Assembly: GCA_031261965.1 (NCBI GenBank)
Contig: JAISIP010000146.1
Span: forward strand, 1-54,949
Origin: Victivallales bacterium
GTDB lineage: Bacteria; Verrucomicrobiota; Lentisphaeria; Victivallales; Victivallaceae
DNA length: 54,949 nt
Reading direction: 5' to 3'
Shown: positions 38,381 to 48,761 of the stretch, in pieces
How positions within the stretch are numbered: the stretch's first letter is position 1
How the letters are laid out: every line of letters begins with the position of its first letter
Notes under the pieces: generated by a model
Databases searched by the model: none
Seen by the model: the letters and a program-made list of their open reading frames with translations, nothing else
Told to the model about the DNA's origin: nothing
Made by a program: the position numbers and the translations under genes

Positions 38381-39400
38381 ATGAATGCGATCATTGAAAA
38401 AATCAACGTTGCGTTAAAAGAGGCGGAATCAAAAGCCGCGATTGCCGCCGATAGCGTCGCAATTGAGCAAATCCGAATCGATTATCTCGGACGCAACGGG
38501 CTGTTTCCGGCGTTATCCAAAGAGATGGGCACTGTACCGCCCGAAGAGCGCAAAGAGACCGGGCGTGCATTTAATGTGGGACGCAACCAAATTCAAGCGC
38601 TGATCGACGAGGCGACAAACCGCTTGGCGGCAAAGCCGGAATCGGCAAGCAACGCGCTTGATTTGTCGTTGCCGGGGAAGCGGTGGAAGTTTGGTCATAA
38701 GCACCCGGTTACGATTATCGCCGACGAGTGTGCAAATCTCTTTAGGCGCATGGGTTTTATCGTGTCCGAGGGACCCGAGATCGAAGACATCTTTCACAAT
38801 TTCGACGCGTTGAATACGCCTATGGATCACCCCTCCCGCGATCCGCAAGACACCTTTTATTTTGAGGACGGGCGGATTTTGCGTACCCAGACCAGCCCGG
38901 TGCAGATCCGTACTATGGAGTCGCACGAACCGCCGGTTCGCATTGTCGCGCCGGGACGGGTATTTCGCCGCGATACGCCGGACGCTACTCACGGGATGAA
39001 TTTTCACCAGATCGAGGGACTTTACATCGACAAAAATGTTTCTATGGCGGATCTCAAAAGCGTGTTGCGTACTTTTGCCACCGAGATGTACGGTCCGAAG
39101 GTAAAAATCAGGTTGCGTCCGCACTTTTTCCCATTTACCGAGCCGTCGGTGGAGTACGATTTTTCCTGCATTATGTGTGGAGGCAAAGGTTGCCCGGTTT
39201 GCAAGAACTCCGGTTGGATTGAAATTGCCGGGGCGGGAATGGTTGACCCGGCGGTACTTAAAAACGTCGGCTATGACCCGGAGATTTGGAGCGGATATGC
39301 GTTTGGGCTTGGTATCGAGCGTCTTGCGATGTTGCGTTATCGGATTCCGGATCTGCGGTATTTGTATGAAAACGATGTCCGTTTCCTTGAACAATTCTGA
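38381..39400 (+). CDS. pheS: Phenylalanine--tRNA ligase alpha subunit
   Basis: LRTQTSPVQ, FHQIEG, FPFTEPS, FGLGIER. Confidence 0.98.
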   Translation: MNAIIEKINVALKEAESKAAIAADSVAIEQIRIDYLGRNGLFPALSKEMGTVPPEERKETGRAFNVGRNQIQALIDEATNRLAAKPESASNALDLSLPGKRWKFGHKHPVTIIADECANLFRRMGFIVSEGPEIEDIFHNFDALNTPMDHPSRDPQDTFYFEDGRILRTQTSPVQIRTMESHEPPVRIVAPGRVFRRDTPDATHGMNFHQIEGLYIDKNVSMADLKSVLRTFATEMYGPKVKIRLRPHFFPFTEPSVEYDFSCIMCGGKGCPVCKNSGWIEIAGAGMVDPAVLKNVGYDPEIWSGYAFGLGIERLAMLRYRIPDLRYLYENDVRFLEQF

Positions 39401-39427
39401 ACGGTCAATAAAGGGAACTTTACTTAA

Positions 39428-41809
39428 ATGAATATCTCAAAAAACTGGCTGTGTAAATATGTCGCAATCGACTGCGGGCTTGAAACGCTCTGCGACAAAC
39501 TTACCATGGCGGGAATTGAAGTTGAGGCACTTGAAAGCAGCGGAACTATCCCGCCGGGCGTTGTCGCCGGCAGGATTCTGACCCGCACCCCGCACCCGGA
39601 TTCGGATCATATGTCGGTTTGCACGGTCGATGTGGGCAAAGAAACGCTCCAGATTGTCTGCGGCGCGCCGAACTGCGATGCCGGTAACGTCGTTCCGGTG
39701 GCGACGATAGGGACGGTTTTTCATACCCCCGAAGGTGAGTTTAAAATCAAAAAATCGAAGCTTCGCGGGGTGGAGTCCCAGGGGATGATGTGCAGCGAAA
39801 GAGAGCTTGGGTTATCCGACAATCATGACGGGTTGATGTTGCTGGATTCAGCTCTTGAGCTTGGAACTCCGATTGAGCGACTTTTCCCGGGCGATACTCG
39901 CATTGAAATTGAAGTTACGCCAAACCGTTCCGACTGGCTTTCGATGTGGGGAGTGGCGCGGGATGTGGCTTGCTTGCTCAATACCGAGGCGAAGTTGCCC
40001 GAAATTGAAATTCCCGAGTGTACGATTCCCGCCCCCGGCCTGGTTACAGTAGAAGCCCCCGATCTATGTTTGCGCTATACCGGCAGATTGATTCGCAATG
40101 TAAAAGTTGGTTCGTCGCCCAAGTGGTTGCAAACCGCGCTTGAGAGTGTCGGGTTGCGGCCGAGTAACAATGTGGTCGATGTGACCAACTATGTGATGAT
40201 GGAGCTTGGGCAGCCGTTGCACGCTTTTGATCTTGCCAAACTGAGCGGCAGGCGAGTTGTCGCCCGCCGGGCGAAATCGGGCGAAAAAATCACCACGCTT
40301 GACGGCAAAACCTTGACGCTTGAACCGCGCCATTTGGTGATCGCCGATGCCGAAAAGCCGATGGCGCTGGCGGGGGTTATGGGCGGAGAATTCTCCGGCG
40401 TGACTGACGCGACGACCGATGTCTTGCTTGAAAGCGCGGTATTTTTCGCCTCCAATATCCGCGCCACGAGTCGCGAGTTGGGTATTTCAAGCGACTCAAG
40501 TTACCGCTATGAGCGGGGAGTCGATTGGGATATGGCAGAGCTTGCCTCCAAACGCGCCGCGCAGTTGATTCTTGAAACGGCAGGCGGCGAGTTGGGCAGC
40601 GAGTTAGTTGACGTGAATTCCGGTCGACCGGCGGAAATGGTTATCCCTTGCCGTTTCGACCGGGTTAGGGCGTTGATCGGTACATCGGTGAGCAATGAGC
40701 GTATAGTTGAAATTTTTCGGGCGTTGCAACTAAAAGTCGATCAGGTTTCCGCGACGGATTGTGTGGTTACTGCTCCGCTGTTTCGGCATGACCTTGAGCG
40801 AGAGGCGGATCTGATTGAAGAGGTCGCCCGGATCGACGGGCTTGACCAAATCCCCGAGATTGCGGTCACGGGCAAGATTTGCGCCTCAATTCGCGAAGAC
40901 GCGTATTTGCCGCTGGAAACGTTGCGCAATAAAATCATCGCTTTGGGCTTCGACGAGTGTTTACATTACAGCACGGTAAATCGCGAGTCGGCGTTGGCGG
41001 ACAGCCGTTTTGCCGAAGCTGATCTAATCAAGCTTAAAAATCCGATCAGTTTAGAGCTGGCGATTATGCGTCCGAGTTTGCTTGGCGAGATGCTTGGCTC
41101 GGTTGAGCGCAATATTTCACGCCGGAATCTTACGTTGAAACTTTTTGAAATCGGCAAGGCGTTTTGCCGGAATTCCGAGCTGTTCCCCGAGGAACGGTTT
41201 GAAATTTGCATGGCACTGACCGGGCTTAAGTACCCGGAGCAATATTCCGACGCTTTGCAGGAACAATATGATTTTTATGATCTCAAAGGGGCGTTGGAGT
41301 CGTTGTTTGAGATGATGAACATCAAACGTTACCGCTTTGTGCCGACTGAAGACGGCAGATTTCGCAAGGGGCGTGCGCTTGGAGTCGAAGTCGCCGGAAA
41401 AACCGCAGGGGCGTTCGGCGAAATTTCTTCGCATTTAACTAAGGGTTTTCGCACGACATATCCGATTTTTGTAGCTCAAATTGATATGGCTACATTGCTG
41501 ATTGCGGCACACGGGGCGGGTTATTACGAGCCGTTTTCGCTGTTTCCGGCGACGAGTCGCGATGTGGCGTTTGTCGCTCCGGCGGGGTTGAGCCACGATG
41601 ATGTGTTGGCGTTTATCCGCAAGGAAAAACCAACTGATCTGGAGTCGATTCAGCTTTTCGATATTTTTGAAAAGGAGGGGTATAAGAGCATGGCGTATAA
41701 ACTTACTTTCAGAAACCGGGAGCGTACACTTGTCGATGCGGAGGTCAATGCCCGTTTTGACAAGCTAAAAGAAAGCATGCAAAACAAACTAAAAGTGGAA
41801 TTGCGGTAA
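39428..41809 (+). CDS. pheT: Phenylalanine--tRNA ligase beta subunit
   Basis: IVCGAPN, TPNRSD, GQPLHAFD, DLIEEVAR. Confidence 0.97.
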   Translation: MNISKNWLCKYVAIDCGLETLCDKLTMAGIEVEALESSGTIPPGVVAGRILTRTPHPDSDHMSVCTVDVGKETLQIVCGAPNCDAGNVVPVATIGTVFHTPEGEFKIKKSKLRGVESQGMMCSERELGLSDNHDGLMLLDSALELGTPIERLFPGDTRIEIEVTPNRSDWLSMWGVARDVACLLNTEAKLPEIEIPECTIPAPGLVTVEAPDLCLRYTGRLIRNVKVGSSPKWLQTALESVGLRPSNNVVDVTNYVMMELGQPLHAFDLAKLSGRRVVARRAKSGEKITTLDGKTLTLEPRHLVIADAEKPMALAGVMGGEFSGVTDATTDVLLESAVFFASNIRATSRELGISSDSSYRYERGVDWDMAELASKRAAQLILETAGGELGSELVDVNSGRPAEMVIPCRFDRVRALIGTSVSNERIVEIFRALQLKVDQVSATDCVVTAPLFRHDLEREADLIEEVARIDGLDQIPEIAVTGKICASIREDAYLPLETLRNKIIALGFDECLHYSTVNRESALADSRFAEADLIKLKNPISLELAIMRPSLLGEMLGSVERNISRRNLTLKLFEIGKAFCRNSELFPEERFEICMALTGLKYPEQYSDALQEQYDFYDLKGALESLFEMMNIKRYRFVPTEDGRFRKGRALGVEVAGKTAGAFGEISSHLTKGFRTTYPIFVAQIDMATLLIAAHGAGYYEPFSLFPATSRDVAFVAPAGLSHDDVLAFIRKEKPTDLESIQLFDIFEKEGYKSMAYKLTFRNRERTLVDAEVNARFDKLKESMQNKLKVELR

Positions 41810-41821
41810 GAGTCTACTAAC

Positions 41822-41853
41822 AGGCTACCTCAATGCAGTTTTTAGAGATAGCC
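41822..41853 (+). repeat. 32-bp internally deleted MITE (both ends only)
   Basis: aggctacctc-aatgc-agtttttagagatagcc. Confidence 0.7.
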
Positions 41854-41882
41854 AACAGCAATCTATGGAAGGATACAAAATT

Positions 41883-42368
41883 ATGGCAAGCAACAAAACT
41901 GCCGGGACGGTGTTTGAGGGTAAACTTGACGCAAAAGGTCTGAAATTCGGAATCGTATGCGCAAGGTTCAACGATTTTTTTGTGAGCAAACTGCTTGACG
42001 GCGCGATGGATACGATCACCCGCCATGGCGGAGATGCCAAAGATGTGGCACTAAGCTATGTACCGGGGTCTTATGAAATCCCGTTTGCGATCAAAAAAAT
42101 GCTGCAAACCCAAAAATATGATGCGTTAATCGCGTTGGGGGTGGTGATTCAGGGGGCGACTCCGCACGCCGGGTACATCAACTCCGAAGTGGCGAAATGT
42201 CTCGCCCAACTTGGAATGGAGTTCGGCGTGCCGGTCACTTACGGCATGATCACGGCGGAGAATCTTGAGCAGGCGATCGAACGCAGCGGCACAAAAGCCG
42301 GAAACAAAGGGGTTGACGCGGCGATTGCGGCGATTGAGATGGCAAATTTGACCAAGGCGATTCAATGA
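41883..42368 (+). CDS. ribH: 6,7-dimethyl-8-ribityllumazine synthase
   Basis: RFN, VPGSYEIP, GVVIQGATPH, KAGNKG. Confidence 0.96.
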   Translation: MASNKTAGTVFEGKLDAKGLKFGIVCARFNDFFVSKLLDGAMDTITRHGGDAKDVALSYVPGSYEIPFAIKKMLQTQKYDALIALGVVIQGATPHAGYINSEVAKCLAQLGMEFGVPVTYGMITAENLEQAIERSGTKAGNKGVDAAIAAIEMANLTKAIQ

Positions 42369-42895
42369 TGTTCGACGACGATGAATTGTCTGAAAAACCG
42401 GGTAATCAACCTCATACCAAGCGAATCGGCCGCGAGATAGCGATGCAATATCTGTTTCGTTGCGAGTTGCGCAATGAGTTGCCCGACGCAACGACGTTTG
42501 ATCTCTTCTTTGACCAGATTAAAGAAGAGCACGGACTCAAGGACAACCGTACCGGTCGCAAAGCCAGAGAGTATGCCGAAAAGCTTTATCTGGCGGTGGC
42601 ACTCAACGCCGAAGCGATCGATGCTGTGATCCGGCAACGGATCGCGATTGCGGATTGGGAGCTTGAGCGGATTTCCCATGTCGATCGTAATATTATGCGT
42701 GTTGCTTTAGCGGAAATGCTTTATATGGAAGATATTCCGCCGGTGGTAAGTATCAACGAGGCGGTCGAAATCGCCCGCGATTATTCCGGCGAGGATTCCG
42801 GGAGTTTTGTCAACGGAGTGCTAAATGGCGTCAAAGATACGCTGAAACGCGATCCGCGCAGCGGTAAGTCGGTCAAAAAAGGCGAATCGAAATGA
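42365..42895 (+). CDS. nusB: Transcription antitermination factor NusB
   Basis: VDRNIMR, VSINEAVEIA, FVNGVL; ribH-nusB synteny. Confidence 0.95.
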   Translation: MMFDDDELSEKPGNQPHTKRIGREIAMQYLFRCELRNELPDATTFDLFFDQIKEEHGLKDNRTGRKAREYAEKLYLAVALNAEAIDAVIRQRIAIADWELERISHVDRNIMRVALAEMLYMEDIPPVVSINEAVEIARDYSGEDSGSFVNGVLNGVKDTLKRDPRSGKSVKKGESK

Positions 42896-43842
42896 AATCG
42901 ATTTTCTCAATTTTCAGGCGCGGGTTGGAAAAGACCACCACCAAAGTGACCCGGACGCTCGGTTCGATTTTCACCGGGATAAAAATCCACAGTGCGGAGA
43001 GTTTCGACGAGCTTGAGGAGCTGTTGATCTCCGCCGATTTCGGCGTTCCTGCCTCTTTGCGTATTGTCAGTGAAATAAAAGAGCGATACGAACGTGGCGC
43101 GATTGCCACTGATGCGGATTTGGTCAAAGTTGCCGCCGAGTCGGTAAAAGAGATTTTAAGTCAACGTGTTCGCCCGATTCACCGCTCCGAACCGGGGAAG
43201 CCGACGGTGATTTTAATGGTGGGGGTAAACGGCAGCGGCAAAACCACCACCATCGGCAAACTTGCGGCGCGTTTCAAAGGCGATGGCAAGAAAGTGATTC
43301 TCGCGGCGTGCGACACTTTTCGGGCGGCGGCAAAGGAGCAACTTCAGCTTTGGGCTGATCGCACCGACTCGATGATAGTTGCCGCCAAGCACGGGGCCGA
43401 CCCTGCCAGCGTGGCTTACGATGCGACTTGCGCGGCTTTGTCGCGCAATGCGGATTATCTGCTGATCGACACCGCCGGGCGTCAGCACAACCAGAAGGGG
43501 TTAATGGAAGAGCTTGCCAAAATTCGCCGTTCGATCGAAAAAGCCTATCCCGGTGCACCGCATGAGGTGTGGCTCACTGTGGACGCGAGTTTGGGTGGAA
43601 ACGTGCTGAATCAGGCGCGGGAATTCTCCAAAACAACCGGAGTGACCGGGCTGGTTTTGACTAAGTTGGACGGCACCGGCAAGGGGGGTATGGTCGTGGC
43701 GTTGCATCAGGAGTTTGAGTTGCCGACCTTTTTTGTCGGGTTGGGCGAGCAGCCTGAGGATTTGCAGCCGTTTAGCCCGGAATTTTACGCCGACGCTCTG
43801 TTTGGTGAAGAATCCGCCAATGCCGAAGAGGAGCATGAGTAA
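42892..43842 (+). CDS. ftsY: SRP receptor FtsY (NG domain only)
   Basis: GVNGSGKTTT, DTFRAAA, DTAGR, TKLDG. Confidence 0.95.
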   Translation: MKSIFSIFRRGLEKTTTKVTRTLGSIFTGIKIHSAESFDELEELLISADFGVPASLRIVSEIKERYERGAIATDADLVKVAAESVKEILSQRVRPIHRSEPGKPTVILMVGVNGSGKTTTIGKLAARFKGDGKKVILAACDTFRAAAKEQLQLWADRTDSMIVAAKHGADPASVAYDATCAALSRNADYLLIDTAGRQHNQKGLMEELAKIRRSIEKAYPGAPHEVWLTVDASLGGNVLNQAREFSKTTGVTGLVLTKLDGTGKGGMVVALHQEFELPTFFVGLGEQPEDLQPFSPEFYADALFGEESANAEEEHE

Positions 43843-44881
43843 TTTTATGGATGACTCTGCCGACAAAAAGTTTATGCTTGAGGCGTTGGGTTTGGCGCGT
43901 ATGGGTTGGGGGTTGACCAGTCCAAATCCGATGGTGGGGGCGGTTATTGTCAGTGACGGCGTGATTATCGGGCGCGGCTACCACTTTAAAGCCGGGGAAC
44001 CGCACGCCGAAATCAATGCGTTTTCGGATGCGTCGCGCCATAATTTTGAGGTAAAAGGCGCGACGATGTATGTTACACTGGAACCGTGTTGCACCACCGG
44101 GCGAACCCCGCCTTGTACCGACGCGATTGTTGCAGCGGGGATTAAGCGAGTGGTAATTGGTTCGCTCGACCCCAATGTTCACCACGCCGGGCGTGGGGTT
44201 GAGCAGCTGAAAGCCGCCGGAATCGAAGTCCTTGTCGGGGTGGAGCAAAATGCGTGCAGTGAGCTGAATCAACCGTTTTTTAAATGGGTCGTAACGGGCA
44301 AACCGTTTGTGATTCTAAAAATGGCGATGACGCTCGACGGTAAAATCGCGACCGCCTCGGGCGAATCGAAATGGATTACCGGCTCGGAAGCGCGTCGCCG
44401 AGTTCAGGTTTTGCGTCGGCTTTGCGACGCGATTATGGTCGGCGGAGAAACAGTGCGGCAAGATCGTCCGCTATTGACGGTGCGTGAGCCGGAGTCCTGG
44501 CCGCGGCAACCTTTGCGGTTGATTGCCAGCCGCAGTATGGATGACGAAGAAATAGCGTTCTTTTTCCCCGACGGCAACGCCGAGCGGGTGGAGCTTGAGA
44601 GTAACGAAGAGTGGCATAGTTTGCTGATTCGGCTTGGGGCGCGTAATATCACATGTTTGTTGATCGAAGGCGGCGGCGAGTTGGCTGCTGCCGCCATCGA
44701 TGCCGGAGTGGTCGATAAAGTGGAGTTTCATATTGCGCCGAAGTTGCTCGGAGGGCGGGACAGTCGCCCGGTACTCGGCGGAAACAACCCGGTGTCGATG
44801 GAGTTCGCCCGGCAGTTGCACAATGTTAAAGTAACCCGTTACGGCGAGGACATCGCCGTGTCGGGGTATCTAAAGGAGTAG
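43835..44881 (+). CDS. ribD: Bifunctional deaminase/reductase RibD
   Basis: PNPMVG, HAE, LEPC..GRTPPC, EGGGEL; start moved to ATG at 43835. Confidence 0.95.
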   Translation: MSNFMDDSADKKFMLEALGLARMGWGLTSPNPMVGAVIVSDGVIIGRGYHFKAGEPHAEINAFSDASRHNFEVKGATMYVTLEPCCTTGRTPPCTDAIVAAGIKRVVIGSLDPNVHHAGRGVEQLKAAGIEVLVGVEQNACSELNQPFFKWVVTGKPFVILKMAMTLDGKIATASGESKWITGSEARRRVQVLRRLCDAIMVGGETVRQDRPLLTVREPESWPRQPLRLIASRSMDDEEIAFFFPDGNAERVELESNEEWHSLLIRLGARNITCLLIEGGGELAAAAIDAGVVDKVEFHIAPKLLGGRDSRPVLGGNNPVSMEFARQLHNVKVTRYGEDIAVSGYLKE

Positions 44882-44882
44882 T

Positions 44883-45533
44883 ATGTTTACCGGGTTAGTC
44901 GAGATGACCGGCACATTAGTGGGGTTGCAGCAAAATTGTTTGACGGTACGCCCGGCGCAACGCTTTACCGACCCGGTTCGGGGCGAAAGCGTCGCGGTGA
45001 ATGGCTGTTGCCTGACGCTGGAGCGGGAGTTGACCGGCAACGTGTTGGAGTTTTTTACCCTTGCCGAAACCCAAAAAAGGACGAATCTCGGTCAGCTTAA
45101 GCCGGGTGCGAAATTGAATCTTGAACGGGCGTTGCGAGTTGGTGACCGCATGGGCGGGCATATTGTTTCAGGTCATATTGATGCTTTTGCCGAAGTGATC
45201 AATTTGCGCAAACTTCCCGACGGCGACTATGAATTACGCGTTGTTTTACCTCAAAATCTTGCGCCGGAGATCGTCGAAAAAGGGAGTATCGCCATTGACG
45301 GTGTCTCGTTGACGGTAACGGAAGTCGGCAAAGACGATTTTGCGGTTCGTCTGATTCCGGTAACGCGAAGCGACACTGCGTTAATTGAGCGCAAACCCGG
45401 AATGTTGGTGAATCTCGAAAGCGACATTGTGGGCAAATATATCCGCCGTCAATTGGATTTACGTTCCGGCGTTGCGCCGTCAGGTCAATCGGAAATCACC
45501 TTTGACACATTGCGTGAAGCGGGGTTTTTGTGA
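44883..45533 (+). CDS. ribE: Riboflavin synthase (alpha chain)
   Basis: MFTGLVE, NGCCLT, GGHIVSGHID, KGSIAIDGVSLT. Confidence 0.96.
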   Translation: MFTGLVEMTGTLVGLQQNCLTVRPAQRFTDPVRGESVAVNGCCLTLERELTGNVLEFFTLAETQKRTNLGQLKPGAKLNLERALRVGDRMGGHIVSGHIDAFAEVINLRKLPDGDYELRVVLPQNLAPEIVEKGSIAIDGVSLTVTEVGKDDFAVRLIPVTRSDTALIERKPGMLVNLESDIVGKYIRRQLDLRSGVAPSGQSEITFDTLREAGFL

Positions 45534-46288
45534 AAAAACCAACGGAATTTGGCGTGGTACTTAGCTCTATTGAGGAATTTGCCCAGTTGCCGGAGCCATT
45601 CCCCGGGGCATTGCACTTTCTATCGCTGCCGGGTGAGGTCTTGGATTGCGGCGAATTGCGTGCCAAACTTGAGAGAATTGCCGGGAGCGGGGCGAGGATT
45701 ATCCCGCGTGAGATCGTCGATCGCGAAATCGTCGCTTTATTGCCGGAGCAAAACACGGTTTTGAAGAGTGAATTTTCGCGCCTTTTTAGGTCGCGTTGCC
45801 GGCGATCGGCGGAACTTCACTGCGACGAAGTCGGTTTGCGGATAAATTGGGAGCAAATGCAGTCCAAGAAGAGCTATCGCGAATCGCTGTTCACTTTATT
45901 GCGCGGAACTTTTGGAATTCTCGATGAATTTTGCCTGAAATTGCGCATTGAAGCGCGGCTGCCTGGAGATGCGAACATATACGGGCAATTTATCCGCGAA
46001 GCGTTGCATCCGCAGATCGCGCTTTCGCTGGAGTGTCTGCCCAGAACCATTGAGATTGAATCGCTTAAGCTTTTGCGATTCTATTCGGATTATCTGGTGC
46101 TGCATTTTGAGCCTAATACCGGGCGGACTTGGAGCGGCAAAGCGATACGCACTCTCGCCGAAAACGCCGGGGAGCTTTGCGTTGCCCCGCGCCGGTTTGG
46201 AATTGTGACCAATGACGCGCAAATTGCCGTTGAATTATCGGAAGCATTTTGGGCGTCCTGTTGCTGTAAGGAGGAGCAATCATGTTGA
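45530..46288 (+). CDS. Hypothetical protein
   Basis: 252-aa ORF overlapping both ribE and pdxJ; no motif recognised. Confidence 0.65.
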   Translation: MKKPTEFGVVLSSIEEFAQLPEPFPGALHFLSLPGEVLDCGELRAKLERIAGSGARIIPREIVDREIVALLPEQNTVLKSEFSRLFRSRCRRSAELHCDEVGLRINWEQMQSKKSYRESLFTLLRGTFGILDEFCLKLRIEARLPGDANIYGQFIREALHPQIALSLECLPRTIEIESLKLLRFYSDYLVLHFEPNTGRTWSGKAIRTLAENAGELCVAPRRFGIVTNDAQIAVELSEAFWASCCCKEEQSC

Positions 46289-47001
46289 AACTCGGAGTTA
46301 ATATCGATCATATCGCCACAGTACGCGAGGCGCGAAAAGCACAGTTTCCGCGTCCGCTTGACGGGGCGCTTCTGGCGGAAAAAGCCGGGGCGTGGGGTAT
46401 TACCGCGCATTTGCGCGAAGATCGCCGTCACATTCAAGACGCGGATATGTGCGAGCTGTCCCAAAAGGTGAAAAATCTCAATATGGAGATGGCTGTAACC
46501 GATGAGATGGTCGCCTTTGCCGTAAAAATCAAACCGCACAGCAGTTGTTTAGTCCCGGAGAAACGTCAGGAGCTTACCACCGAGGGTGGTCTTGATGTTG
46601 TCGGGCAACTCGATAAAATCCGCGTTGCGGTGGACAAGTTGCACCAGTCAGGAATCATCGTAAGTCTCTTTATCGACCCCGAAGAAGCTCAACTCGATGC
46701 GGCAAAAGCGGTCAACGCCGATTATGTGGAACTTCACACCGGGACTTTCGCCAATGCCTCTGGGGCGGAGCAAATCCGGGAACTTGAGCGGCTGAAGGGT
46801 GCTGCAAAGTACGCGCATAGGATTGGACTTGCGGTCAATGCCGGACACGGCATCGACTATGTGAATATCTCAGGGATTCTCGAAATACCGCATCTGTCGG
46901 AACTCAATATCGGTCACTCGATTGTCGGTCGGGCAATCACCGTCGGCATGGAAGAGGCGGTACGCGAAATGATCAACGCGATGAAACCATACGCCAAATA
47001 G
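46282..47001 (+). CDS. pdxJ: Pyridoxine 5'-phosphate synthase
   Basis: LGVNIDHIAT, HLREDRRHI, ELTTEGGL, ELNIGH. Confidence 0.97.
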   Translation: MLKLGVNIDHIATVREARKAQFPRPLDGALLAEKAGAWGITAHLREDRRHIQDADMCELSQKVKNLNMEMAVTDEMVAFAVKIKPHSSCLVPEKRQELTTEGGLDVVGQLDKIRVAVDKLHQSGIIVSLFIDPEEAQLDAAKAVNADYVELHTGTFANASGAEQIRELERLKGAAKYAHRIGLAVNAGHGIDYVNISGILEIPHLSELNIGHSIVGRAITVGMEEAVREMINAMKPYAK

Positions 47002-47010
47002 CGATAGTTT

Positions 47011-48618
47011 ATGAGTATGCAACGCCGAAACAAGATCTTAAAAAGTTCGCTTGGGGTTTCCGTCGCGACGTTGCTTTCGCGTGTTCTCGGGCTTGGTCGG
47101 GTGATGCTTGAATCGCGGGTACTTGGCGGCGACTCGGTCGCGAGTGCGTGGGGTTTGGCGTTTGCAATTCCGAACACGTTTCGCCGTCTGCTCGGCGAGG
47201 GGGCGCTCGGTACGGCACTCATTCCGCTGGTGTCCGAAACCGACGCTCAAGCCGGTCCGGAACAGGTCAGGCGCGAGTTGGGAATTGTCTTCTCGGTACT
47301 TTCGCTGATTCTTGCGTTGATTGTCGCGATAGTTGCGGGCGGAGCGATTGCTTTGCGGGCGATCTCTTATAACGAAAGCGTGCTGCAATTTTTGCCGATA
47401 CTTGGCAGTGAACGATTTCGCCTGGTGTTTTTGATTTTGCCGCTGCTTATGCCTTATGCGTTTTTTCTCTGCCTGGTCGGTGCGATTGGCGCGGTGCTGA
47501 ATACTCGAAAAATCTTCGTTTTACCGGCACTCGGCGCGTTATTGCTCAACTTCTTTTTAATCGGCGGACTTTATGTGGCGTACAATCGCAAGTTAGCCGG
47601 TACACAACTGATCGGATTTCTTGAAACGCTTTCGGTGTTGGTGCTTTTATCGGGAGCGATTCAGCTTTTGCTCATGCTTTTGCTGCTCTGGAAGGCGGGA
47701 CGATTCCCAACTATGTCGCGCCGGGCGTTTCGTCAAAGCGATATATTAGGCAGACTCTGGCGCTTGGTTTTGCCCGGCATGATCGGCGGGGCGGCGTTGC
47801 AGATTAGTTTTTTAATCGATCGCACGTTGGCGATCTGCCTGGGACCCAAGGCGGTTCCCGCGCTAAATTACGTCGATCGGATTATCGACTTGCCGATTGG
47901 AATATACGCGATTGCATTGGGTTCGGTGCTGACCGCAGCCATGTCTCGGTCGGTGGCGCATGGCAATGCGGATGAAATTTCGCACGATCTATCGTTCAGT
48001 CTTCGCCACGTTTATTTTCTCTGCATTCCCATGGCGATCGGGGTGATGTTTTTTTGGAAACCGATGATTCGCATTCTCTGCTTGGGAGGAAATTACACCG
48101 AAGCTGACCTCATGGCAACTCAGATGGTTGCGATTTTTTACGGGGCGGGAATTCCGGCGTTTTGCGCGATAAAAGTTCTTTTAGCACCATTTAATGCACG
48201 CAAGATGATGACTACGACTTTGCGCTATTCGCTTATTGCCATTGCGTGTAATATCGGACTGAACTTGTTGCTGATGTGGCCGTTGCAACAAGGTGGAATC
48301 GCACTTGCCACGGTGCTGTCGTCGATGTTGAACAACGCGCTTTTGTTGCGTCACCTTAAGCGCGAGGGAATCCCTTTGGATGGTCGAGGTATTCTTAAAA
48401 CGGTCGGTCGGTCGCTATGTATTGCGCTTATTATCGGCGTGGTACTATCGCAAATGTACCCGTTTTTGTGCGAGCATTTGACGTTTGGTGTCGTTGGCGA
48501 ATTTCCCGCGTTTGCGACGCTTGGGGGGTTGTTTGTGCTGTTTTACTTTGGCGTGAGTCATTTTTGTCGCGCCTCTGAAATCAAAGAACTCTTTGGGGTG
48601 TTGCGTCGTCATCAGTAA
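47011..48618 (+). CDS. murJ: Lipid II flippase MurJ
   Basis: SRVLGLGR, IPNTFRRLLGEGAL, many TM helices. Confidence 0.93.
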   Translation: MSMQRRNKILKSSLGVSVATLLSRVLGLGRVMLESRVLGGDSVASAWGLAFAIPNTFRRLLGEGALGTALIPLVSETDAQAGPEQVRRELGIVFSVLSLILALIVAIVAGGAIALRAISYNESVLQFLPILGSERFRLVFLILPLLMPYAFFLCLVGAIGAVLNTRKIFVLPALGALLLNFFLIGGLYVAYNRKLAGTQLIGFLETLSVLVLLSGAIQLLLMLLLLWKAGRFPTMSRRAFRQSDILGRLWRLVLPGMIGGAALQISFLIDRTLAICLGPKAVPALNYVDRIIDLPIGIYAIALGSVLTAAMSRSVAHGNADEISHDLSFSLRHVYFLCIPMAIGVMFFWKPMIRILCLGGNYTEADLMATQMVAIFYGAGIPAFCAIKVLLAPFNARKMMTTTLRYSLIAIACNIGLNLLLMWPLQQGGIALATVLSSMLNNALLLRHLKREGIPLDGRGILKTVGRSLCIALIIGVVLSQMYPFLCEHLTFGVVGEFPAFATLGGLFVLFYFGVSHFCRASEIKELFGVLRRHQ

Positions 48619-48627
48619 CTCCGATTT

Positions 48628-48685
48628 CAAATCACCGAACGACATTGCGCCAAATAGCCGAACGACATTGCGCCAAATCACCGAA
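48628..48685 (+). repeat. 23-bp tandem repeat, 2.5 copies
   Basis: caaatcaccgaacgacattgcgc / caaatagccgaacgacattgcgc / caaatcaccgaa. Confidence 0.85.
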
Positions 48686-48732
48686 TGCAACTTGAAAAAC
48701 GCCAAAACAGCACCTTTTTTAACATTAAAAAC

Positions 48733-48761
48733 TTGTCTTTTTTCTAAAAATAGAGTATAAT
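48733..48761 (+). promoter_or_regulatory. Putative sigma70 promoter
   Basis: TTGTCT-17 nt-TATAAT, about 50 bp before the receiver gene. Confidence 0.65.

Noticed and set aside
38513-39394. 293-aa ORF antisense to pheS, and similar antisense ORFs elsewhere
   Set aside because: Typical antisense shadows of conserved genes.
41810-41882. FMN riboswitch before ribH
   Set aside because: Region is too short and is occupied by the mini-MITE.
35325-43842. Short ThrS (no TGS domain) and short FtsY (no acidic domain) as pseudogenes
   Set aside because: Both short forms are known in bacteria and the catalytic motifs are intact.
48628-48685. Possible CRISPR mini-array
   Set aside because: Repeats are contiguous with no spacers and no cas genes are nearby.
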